Assembly: GCA_012295275.1 (NCBI GenBank)
Contig: CM022665.1
Span: forward strand, 13,392,001-13,456,000
Direction: 5' to 3'
Length of the DNA stretch: 64,000 nucleotides
DNA from: Chrysomallon squamiferum
Taxonomy: Eukaryota; Animalia; Mollusca
The translations under genes and the position numbers were made by a program. Position 1 is the stretch's first letter. Each line of letters begins with the position of its first letter. This document shows, piece after piece, positions 13,501 through 64,000 of this stretch. Under the pieces are notes generated by a model. The model was not told where the DNA came from, made no database searches, and saw only the letters and a program-made list of their open reading frames with translations.

Positions 13501-15432
13501 TTTAAATATTTTTTATATTTTTTGCAGCTTGAATTTTCAGCATATTCAAAGTATTTTGCTGTGTGTTAAAATATATTTTTCAGTATTTGAAAAGTAGTTT
13601 TAATCATGTTTAAAAATATTTTTTCAGTGGTATTATTCCACGTTTAGTTGGAGAGGTTATCACTGTGTGGATTTCAAACTTCCTTGCACAGCTTATCAAC
13701 AAATACCTGGTAGAAGACAAAGTAAGAAAATGTCTTATTACTATCCCTGTTGATGAAATAAATGAAAAGGCAGATTTCACACAATTATTTTTTTAATTTA
13801 TTAACTTTTTCTTTGGTTGTACTGTATTCACACCAGAATCGTGCCTGATTAAAGAAAGTATTGTCAACCAGTGTTCTACAACTTTAAATAATAAAAACTT
13901 AAAGAGAAAACACTGATGAAAAATACCTGTAAGAAAGTGGCATTTTAATAAAGTATTTCATTAATAATCAAGCTTTCATTACACACATAACTTTGATTTA
14001 TTCTGGTCCTATACATTTTAATGCATATTATAGTCAGTTGTGTTATCTTTGTTGGCTTTTTTTTTTTTTTTCAGGAAATGAAATCATATACTGGAGCAGC
14101 ATGTGGGGTAAGTTGTTTCAAGAAATACTGTTTTCATTTAGTTATAAATTAATATTTGTCTTTTTTTTTTTTTTTTACATAAAACCTATTTTATTTTATA
14201 ATAAAAAGTTTAGCACTTATTTGAGAATGTTACTGTTACAACTGCTATAAATAGTTACGACTAAACTTTGGTAAAAGAAGACAGGACGAGGAATAGAGAT
14301 TAATTAATGAAACAGATTTCATGATAACATATTAAATGATTCTAAACTGTTTTGTTTTCAGCTGGTTGTTTCTCACGTTACTTACCCTTTCACCCTTGTT
14401 ACCAACATCATGGCAGTGAACACTTCAGGGTAAGCTAACCCATACTATTTTATTTATTACACTCCACTGTTTTATGTGTCTGCTTCACAGCTTCAGTCAG
14501 TTCTGTAGTTGAGGTAACTAGTCAGATACTTTTATTCAAGTTTAATGGATCACAGGTTCAGTCTCCCACTTGAATATTTCCCATTCTACAAAGAACCCAT
14601 TCCATAAATATCAATATCTGAATAGAAAACGTATAATTCTGAGCCTGTGTATTTTATCTGAGAAAGTGGTTACAATTTCATTATATTTCAGCATATCATT
14701 TTGTTTTAGGACTTTTTAATCATTCATTGTTTAATTTTTAGCTTAAGAGCTGTATCTTGGAGACCATATGACAGCTGGATTGAGTGCTGGGCTGATTTGA
14801 GTAACAAGGTAAACAGGATTTCTCAATCATTTCTTTATATTAATTATCTTAAGATGAAAGATTGGGTTTCCAAAACCCCCCGCACCCTCAAAAAGTAACC
14901 AAATCTTGTAAAATATTCACATCTGTTAACAGTTCATTTGTACATATTAAATTAATGGTGTACTCCCTCTTCTGAAATTGTGGATCTGCCACCTGTTTGT
15001 GTTTTAGGTAAAAGAAGTAATTATCTGATTTGGGTATGTGTACTGAGTTACTCTGATAACATACCACAACAGATGTTCTTGATCTTTCAGTGGACATCAT
15101 TATGTCAGATGATAAACAGAAAAAAAATAGAATGAATTTATTACACCGTTTGTTGTTGTTTTTAATATATATACATATTTTGTCAGGTATAAATGTGTAT
15201 TTCATACATGTTTAAAACCATAGCCTGGAGGTGTACTGAACTTTTCTGTGCTATAATTACCGTAACCATTGGATAAAACTGGGTATATCAGATAAGAACA
15301 CTTACTGTTTTGTAAGAATCTGTAAAAAATACATCCACTCTATGTATATTTCATTTTCAGGGAGCTCTCAAGAGAGGAAGCAGTCTGTTTTGGAGATACT
15401 ATACAGGAACTCCTGCTCTCTACAGACGATAA
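6407..15432 (+). CDS. MTCH2: Mitochondrial carrier homolog 2 (SLC25-family outer-membrane insertase), 12 exons, about 291 aa
   Basis: Exons 6407-6496, 7341-7425, 7984-8090, 8376-8465, 12424-12481, 12615-12666, 12963-13022, 13628-13721, 14075-14107, 14362-14429, 14742-14808, 15361-15432; phase-consistent. Motifs [74 protein letters not shown]. Confidence 0.95.
10662..11664. mobile_element. Non-autonomous Sola2-like DNA transposon, about 1-kb foldback, in MTCH2 intron 4
   Basis: Termini GGGTCATTCCGTGTCAAATCACCCAA ... TTGGGTGATTTGACACGGAATGACCC with a 4-bp TSD, TATA, on both sides. Two inverted arms of about 470-500 bp around a spacer of about 25 nt. Same family as 33215-33605 and 39542-41426. 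GRG termini, 4-bp TSD and long TIRs fit Sola2. Confidence 0.85.
11811..12360 (-). mobile_element. Truncated Tigger/pogo (Tc1-mariner superfamily) transposon relic
   Basis: TA followed by the terminus CAGTGGTACCT at 11811. Minus-strand remnant NDNAVENLRNILKFRQKQTSLDRFL resembles the C-terminus of Tigger-type transposases. The other terminus was not found. Confidence 0.7.
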
Positions 15433-18400
15433 AAATGAAGTTGGAAGCCCATTTTAGTTCATTAAATAATGTACAGACCCAAGAATAACACTATAATTAT
15501 AGCAGTTTAATTAATCATGACTAATAGAAATAATGTGCAGTGTTTAGACTGGATGACATTTTAATTACAAAAATAAAACTTTTTGACCTGTTACTGTTTG
15601 TATGGCAGTAACATTTTTAAATTCTTTTATAAAGAAAGCATTATGTATGAACAGGATTTTGTTAATAAACATTAAATTAGTTTTGATAATGGATATATTT
15701 TAAATTATTTTAGTTTTCCAGTTTCATATTTGTTATAATGAATATTGCAGCTTGCATTTACATATAGACACTTGTACAATACAAACCAGATACCTTACAA
15801 GATAACGTTATATCTAACAGTAAGAACATAAACAAAAACAAACACATCTGTATTTTCACTACCAGCATATTGAAATTCAGCTGTTAAAAATAGTTTTGAA
15901 TTCTTTATTATTATTTTTTTTGCAGTGAAAAATGCATTTAAAACGAAGTAAAATATTCTTTTAATTTTGAAATTTCTTTTTCATTGTCAAAGACTCCCTA
16001 TTTCAAAATGTTTAAAATTTTGTTTTGTGTATTTAACAACTTAAAAAACAACCAACAGAAGAAAAGGGATCCAAAATTATTTCTTATAAATATTTTATGC
16101 AGTTGGTTTAACTAAAATTTAGATGCATGTGTATGTGTCATGTATGTGTTAGTGCACGTGTACTCATGTGCAAAATACAGGTAATGGCCTTCAGTATAGC
16201 TCTTTGAAATTGCAGCAGAGTTTTGATTACTCAATTTTCAATTGTAAGTAAATTTCATTTTTACAATCCATGATAATTTTCTCTGAAAAAAAGATACTAA
16301 GACAGGTTGTTGTTTTTTTTCCACAGTATTTCATCACTGAGGAGATATACAAATTCATGTATTGTAACCCACTGCTAAGGTTTGAAACACCTATTGCACC
16401 ATACAGAATCATGAGGCTTTCAATGATTAAAATTTGTTTTAAACAGTAAAAGATGCAGTAAATTTCGAAAACCTTTGTTACATGATACAAACTCAAGAAA
16501 TTAGATTTAGTAACTGGTATTTCAGAAAAAATTGTGCACCACAGAGAATTTCGAAAACTTTAGTTAATGTAATGGACAGGACATTTTGTTTTCTATATGT
16601 AAATGCATAAAAAATAAAATCTAAAGCTATGATCAAACAAAATTCAACTTGCATTTTATCCATAGATGATATTAATACATGTAATAGTGTTCTATAAATT
16701 TACATAACTAGATTTTTGTTTTCTTTAATTCCACCAAAAAAACTGTGTCAAAGTAAGTCTTCACATTTTTTTTTTTTTTTTTCTTAACTTGTATTTTGAG
16801 GATCATATGTCTGTTGCTGTTTTTATTTCATTTAATATTGAGATTACTTTAATTTTACACTGTTTGTAGATTTAATTTTTTTAATTTTTTTTTTTTTTAA
16901 ATATATTTTTAGACTACAATTAGAAAATAAATCTGGGAAAAATAAATTGTAAATGGATGATGTCAGTTGTAAATAGTTAATGATTTTGTTATTTCAAGTG
17001 TGAGCAGTCTTGAAAAGTATTTAAAATATATTATATAAAACATGCTTTGTTTTTATTTTTCACACACACACACACGCACCCACTGAACATGGATGGAGAA
17101 ATGAAAATGTTCTAGTGATAACACTAAAATCTGTTGTTCTGTAAACTGCTCATCTTCAATGGTTGGAACAGATCCTTGAAATATATTTAGTCTACTTCAA
17201 GTAATTTGTTTTATTCACTTGTGGGAATCAGCATTTGCTGAACGTCATAGAAGTCTGATTCCTAGAGACTGCCATTTTAACTTGTGTTATTTTGTATGTT
17301 CAAGTAAAAAGAAAGAAATGTATAAATCTTTGTTAAACTGAAGATGTGTCAATTTTGAAATCGGTTAACCTAGTCTGTCAATGTGTTTCATTTTTCAAGT
17401 CAGTATAAATGAGATATGCGGCACTTTCCTCGATCATGTTATATTAAGAAAGACTTGCTTGTATGATAAATAATCATTTGGCAGTGTACAGGATGTTTTA
17501 TCTGACTGTTTTGGTGAGTCATTGCAAAAGAAAAAAAACCCTGAACTTTCAGTGTTTATTCTAGCTGATTAGCAAAAGCTTTTATATTCCTTTCCTACAA
17601 ATATCGTTAACACTGTTTTACACCCAGAGTACTCCCTCTTCTATATACATATTGACAGACCCCTCTTTACAATATACCTCAATGTTGTTGTTTTTCACCA
17701 AAAAAGATAATCTATATTACAATAAATGAAAAAAGAATTATAAATTTTACTTGGCCAAATGTCTTTTCAAATGCTGTTCGCCAATTTTATATTTATTTAA
17801 AACAAATTGAAAAATACATCCATTGCATAATTATAATATATTTTATTTTCAACTTAATTATATTTATAATGGACATCCAACAATTGGAAGTTTTCTTGGT
17901 GCATATATTTACTCAATACATATAATGACAAGTTGCTGAACCCCATGGAGGTTCGTGGATAAAATGGTTATTTTACACATAACATTAAAATTCTGGAGTA
18001 GACAAAAATCCATCAGCTACTCTGATACAGAGTCAAATCATGAAAGTAAATTGAAAACAATACATTAGTTTTGTGGTGATATTATTCTTAAATATTTATC
18101 GAAGCTGTGGTAAACTGTTGTGAATATATATATATATTCTCAGTGTCGTAACCAAAAAAAAAAAAAAAAATGTGTTTGCATAGCAAATAGATATGAAAAT
18201 GTACTAATGAATATGGTTTAAATGTTCTGTATGCATTTCTTTTTCCTTTTTGTTTTACTGGTATGTTATTGCGAATGATTCTGCATAATGTTTGTGGTAT
18301 ATTTATCTTTATTTTGCAGCATAAGATAAAAAATATTAAGATCTTAAAATACACAGAGACATACACACATCTGCAGTAAAGCAATTAACTGATAAATATT

Positions 18401-19358
18401 TTGTTGTTTGTTTTATTTAATTTTCCACAAAGCAGTATTTCATAACTCAAAAATTACACTTCACAAATGATTTCAAATGTTTTAAATTCATTACTAAAAT
18501 CATCTATAATGGTTTCAGTTGAGAAATATCTTCACAGCTCCTGAAAAGCAATTAGCTTCTGTATTAGTGAACTTCCTTGTTATCATTTTTCAGTAATTAT
18601 TTTGTTTTTGGCATTTCAATTAATGCTGGTTCCTGGTTTATCACTATACTAGTTAGCAGATAAACTATTTTCAAGAGAGTTATTAAAAATACATTTCAAA
18701 TTTGCTTTTTCACTTCATCCTTCATTTGGACTGTACAAATTCATTTCAGTTTAATTGAACACATAAATAGATTGATTTCAGTGTAGTTATTTTAACAATG
18801 GCCTTTTTTTTCGTTTGTATTTTTGTTTTGTTTTTTAACAAACAAAACATGATTAGATATGACTTTCCTCTATGACAGGATGATAAAAACAGCCTGATAA
18901 AATGGTTTCATCTCAGTTGAATATATGGCCAACAACGTGACTCCTGTATCTAAATAGAAAATATGGCCCATTTCTAAATGTGAAAATAAATACAGCCAGA
19001 TGAAATGTTTCTAAATTTATTAATTTGTAATATTTTCCTCATCTGGCTGAGATTTTAAAAAACTTTTTATATTTTGGTGTAGTAACATTTCATATTTGTT
19101 TTGTGCTACAATACGACTCTTAAAACACATCACTGCTTAATGAAATTATTTTGATGCAAATCAAACAATCTAATGCTGTGTATGTAGTGCAATAAACCAC
19201 TCCTTTAATGGAATAGAATCAACTTTTTCAAATGAAATAGAATTACTCCCATGGATCCAACACATTTCTTCTTTAATTACTCCTTTATATGATTCCTGAT
19301 AAAACTGATGGCTGTTGTTTAGTAAGTGAAAGTAACCAGCACAGAGTACTTGACTGTG

Positions 19359-59772
<40,414 letters not shown>

Positions 59773-60199
59773 GTTGTAATTTTGGTAGACTTAAAATCAG
59801 TCTTCTAAAACAAGTACTAGGTAGATATTTCTCTGTATTCCACTGAAAAATATTCAGATACATTATAACAATTTGAAAACTTTAGTCCATTAATATTATA
59901 TCTATTCGAAAAAAAAAAAAAAATGTTAATAAATAAATAAAATAAAATGAACATTATTTTATAAGAATTCTAGATGGCATAGTATTAAAAACATTTTTAT
60001 GAAATTCTGAAACTACATAGTTTACTTTTAACAAATGCCCACTAGTATTCAAAATGTGAAATATTTTTACAGTTCCGGTTACAGTATGAGTATGAATTAC
60101 ACAAGCCTGTTGTAGGCTGATTATATTTTTCAGAGGTCTCGCTACATACTGTAAGATATATCCACCACCCATTTATTTAGACTGATTGTCATGTCATTG

Positions 60200-60410
60200 T
60201 TTTGCACTTTTGGGTTCTGTAGTTCACGTGTCTTGTCCCTAAACAAAATAGATGCACTGTATTCTGAAACGGTCAGTCATATTTACAGATTACCCCGTCC
60301 GGCGTTTCGACGGGACACAGTCCAATTCCTCCGTAATTTGCTGCTATTCACGATGGCTGTGTAATCAAGGCCACTGTAGCAGGCGATGGGCGCATGAATT
60401 TCAGTGATCG
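60200..60410 (-). promoter_or_regulatory. Probable ATM promoter and non-coding first exon
   Basis: CpG-rich patch. Candidate donor GGG|gtaatc at 60293 could splice to the acceptor tttttcag| at 59843. ZNF143/THAP11-like ACTACAGAACCCAAAAGTGC (minus, 60204-60223) lies next to E-box CACGTG (60225-60230). The TSS is inferred. Confidence 0.55.
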
Positions 60411-61479
60411 CTACAAAAAAAAATTAATATGCAACTGTATAATAATTATGTTATCCTAGATACATAAATAACTTTTTAAAATATTATCTTCGTCCTTCGA
60501 AAACAGATATGCGCTCGATCCGCTCAATATACATATACTAAAAGTTATTATATTGTATAAATATATTAATGTAAAGAATATAAATCACAGAACAACCAAT
60601 TATTTATAGGAGTATTTTTAACAAACAAGTAATTTGAAGTGTTCAAAGTACTTGTACCCTGAAAATGTTCTGTACCATCCCTTCGTTTAACTTGCACCAG
60701 TTACACCGATTCCCGCCATCCCTTTCATAAATGCTGGGGAGACCATTGTTTTTTTATTGTTCTTTTCTCGAACACCCATTAAATTGGATTAGTGAAAAGA
60801 CACCCAAAACATGACTGCAGTAGCTTGAAAATGTCCTTGTAATAAGTTATATTTAATGCATTAGTACTAATAGTACCATCATCATTTATTGAAAACTGTT
60901 TTTCACTACAACTTTTTATACTTTAAATCAAATGCTTTGTATGTAAGTTACGATAAATCTTTGCTAAAATAAAAAACTGGTAATTAAAAAAAATTTCAAA
61001 CTTTTTGGTGTTATTGCAGCATCTTTACATTAATTCAAGTATCTAGGCTTTTAACATGTCCGTGACTTAAAATTTAATTTGATTAAACACAAGAAATAAT
61101 ATTAATCTCAACAATTAATTTTTGTCAACTTTTGTTAATAACAAAACAGAAACTCAGAGGTATATCAAATAAATTTCAAATAATATCAGATATTCGGTTC
61201 GTTATGTAATTTCGAAGGAAAATATATTACTAACATAGTGTACCTTTGCATCATTCTTTTATTCAGAAACAAAATCGAACTGACAATAAGAGAATAACAC
61301 CTTTCAAGGATTCACCATTCACCCACTGACATTATGCTTTGTACGTAAGTCGTAGAAATGCGTCACTTGTATAGAAATACCAAAATTGCAACAGGCCATA
61401 GTCTTTTAAATTAATAAAATTCAAATGTCCCTAAAAGTACACTGAGTTGAATAAAATTTGTATTAATTATAACATTGTT

Positions 61480-61618
61480 TCTTTGAGGTGCGCTGGTATT
61501 TCTTTAGAAAAAGCAACAGAATATTTGTTTGCGCGTGCGCATTTGTTATATAGCAACTGTTATTTCGGATGTTATAAGTTGAATTTTTTCCTTGGATTTA
61601 GACCATTTGCGCTTCAAC
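61480..61618 (+). promoter_or_regulatory. MYCBP proximal promoter/5'UTR
   Basis: NRF1-like TGCGCGTGCGCA (61530-61541) and RFX X-box-like GTTATATAGCAAC (61545-61557) just upstream of the ATG. Confidence 0.55.
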
Positions 61619-62347
61619 ATGACTACTTACAAGGTATGACAGAGTATAAAGATTTTTTCATTTTATTTTATAAAATAAGAACGTATAAACGTTTGATTAA
61701 TTATTTTTCAAAAACTTATTAGAAAGTTTCCTAAGCCAGAAAAAAACAAACCCCCAAAACGTTACGCCTATTCAGAGTATTCTGAATTCATGAACATTCT
61801 TTTGAGTACTGCTTAGATAGATCCATTTCTTAGTTCCTTCTTATTTTTGATTTTGATTTATTTAGATTTTTTTTCCTCCCAGTTTCGTTGTTATGGGAAA
61901 TCACTATGAAGCAGTTTCAGTTTTTGTTTATTTAATTCAAACGACTGTAAATTGTAATTAATATATTATTACCCAGTTTGTTTTATTTAGCAACTTTATT
62001 TCATTTTTTCTTTTTCTTTTTCTTGGATTCTGTTTATTTTCAAAATTAAACGTTAATTGTTAATCAAGTTATTGACTCAAAGACAGTGAATATAGTGAAT
62101 TGTAACGCTAATCCAACAAAATACAAGGAAAATTCTGACCATAAGTAATAGAATCTTGTATTTAGATTTAAAGTGTACAAATTCATTGGACATTTTTAAA
62201 TCAAATTAACTACCTTAGCAACAATCAAAACAACAGTCTGCAAACCTTTGGTTTAGTGACTAATTAAACTGGTACATAAAAATAGTGAGGTTGACTAAAT
62301 AAATTTGCTTTTAAAAATAATTATTTTACTGTATTCATTCATTATTG

Positions 62348-62379
<32 letters not shown>

Positions 62380-63026
62380 TGAGTTTGGACTCAGCTTGAT
62401 TTCCTTGAATACAGAAATAAAAGAGGAAAGTTTGGATATATATTTCTAAAATGTAACAAATAGGCTATAGCTAGCTTTTGACAGCCATAGTAATAATAAC
62501 TGTGTGACATTGTATCACTAAATTAATTATAAGAATGAACATTCATTTTAAAACTGTAGTTTAAGTCTGATTTTAAAATGCCATTTACTTTCCTGCTTCA
62601 CTGTCAAATTAATATTCTAATGTATACCATATTACAGTATAAAGTTGTCTGTTTACTGTAAGTTCTGTTACATAGTACATATTTCATTAATTGTGATAAA
62701 TATTTTTCATATAAATTAACAAGTGTTGTTTTTGTAGTATATTAAATTACTTTTGATTTGTTTTAAAGGCTGCAGATTCCAAGAGAGAAGAGTTCAGAAA
62801 ATATCTAGAAAAAGCTGGTGTGCTTGATGCATTGACAAAAGGTATCCATTTGAAGGCGATAAGAATATAAATTACTACACTACAAAAATATTTAAATAAT
62901 CATATAATGCTAATAATAATTGTAAATTGTTTTACATATATATAATTTGGTGACTAAATTAATGATCTGATAGTGTCCTGACAGTGACAATCACTGGAAT
63001 AACTGCAATGTTGTATATGAAACTTT

Positions 63027-63120
<94 letters not shown>

Positions 63121-63735
63121 TTTTGATTTGCCTAAATGCATATTACATTACAGAATTAGTTTTTCTTCTGCTTCTTTGTTTCCTAGATAAAACAAACAGT
63201 ATTTACATAAACAGAAATAAATCATTAAATAAATAATTATCATTAATAAAAAGAAGAAATATCAGGAAAAACAATTTTAGAAATATTAATGAGTTTATGG
63301 CTAATGAGTTTACAAGATGTTACACAAAATGAGAAAATATAATTTGATCTTTTTTTTATGTTTGTTTCAGTATTGGTAGGACTGTATGAAGAACCAGAAA
63401 AGCCAAATAATGCATTGGAGTATCCTTTGTTACCATCTGTTGCAATATGTGATATTTTAATACTTATCAGTGCATCAGTGTTCTTTTTCCATTAGTTGGT
63501 TGAATCTGTTTACTGCTAATTATAACAAAAGTATTAAATGATTATAAATAGTTTCTCTAATATCATTTCAAAAATTCATTGTGTATATTTCATTAACTGA
63601 TAAAGTTTTTTAAAGCAACATTTGGGAGCTTCAGGTCCTGACACTGCTGATGTTGAGGCTCTTAAGCTGGAAGTTACAGAACTTCGACAGAAAGTGGAAC
63701 AACTTACAGAGGAAAATAATGATCTGAAAATGAAG
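61619..63735 (+). CDS. MYCBP: c-Myc-binding protein (AMY-1), exons 1-4; last exon beyond the window
   Basis: Exons 61619-61633, 62769-62841, 63371-63419, 63606-63735 give MTTYKAADSKREEFRKYLEKAGVLDALTKVLVGLYEEPEKPNNALDFLKQHLGASGPDTADVEALKLEVTELRQKVEQLTEENNDLKMK. Confidence 0.95.
63029..63116. repeat. Compound (CT)n(AT)n microsatellite
   Basis: Directly visible in MYCBP intron 2. Confidence 0.95.
63420..63605 (+). other. U12-type (minor spliceosome) GT-AG intron, MYCBP intron 3
   Basis: Donor GTATCCTTTG; branch box TTTCATTAAC (63588-63597) ending 8 nt before the exon; no polypyrimidine tract; splicing restores NALD|FLKQHLG. Confidence 0.9.
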
Positions 63736-64000
63736 GTACACATTTCCTGCTTGTTGTGTGTGTGTGTGTGTGTTTTATTACAAAGTAAAGATATTTTAAA
63801 TTATACCTTTAATACAAATACATCATACATTAAAATACATGTTAATCCATTTTGCCTACATCAACGTTACTGTTTTATTTGTAACTGATGAACAATCTTC
63901 AGTAATGTGTGGCAATTAGAAAATAAATTCTTGATGCGTGTTTTGGGTGTGACAATAGACTGAATATGGTTTAATATTATAAGCCATGATAAGTTTTACA

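Noticed and set aside
14500-14600. Weak A/B-box-like SINE head
   Set aside because: Too degenerate to support.

Overview
AT-rich, microsatellite-rich animal genomic DNA, probably a mollusc or other lophotrochozoan (inferred from protein and repeat style, not proven). Five spliced protein genes were reconstructed by hand: the first coding exon of ALDH16A1 (-), head-to-head with a complete PIH1D1 (+, 10 exons); a complete MTCH2 (+, 12 exons); a complete ATM (-, 59 coding exons, about 3050 aa, convergent with MTCH2); and the first four exons of MYCBP (+, divergent from ATM). Introns contain three copies of a Sola2-like DNA transposon family (one a 1-kb foldback, one with a dead transposase), several hAT and Tigger/pogo relics, an RTE LINE tail and a tRNA-derived SINE. 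I could not establish a new biological system. The best leads concern splicing: a U12 intron in MYCBP, two frame-forced GC donors in ATM, an ATM intron bracketed by complementary (AC)n/(GT)n repeats with an A-rich acceptor, and tandem duplications that repeatedly copy ATM splice junctions. Coordinates were counted by eye and may be off by a few bases. Comparisons with human and other proteins are from memory; no database search was run.
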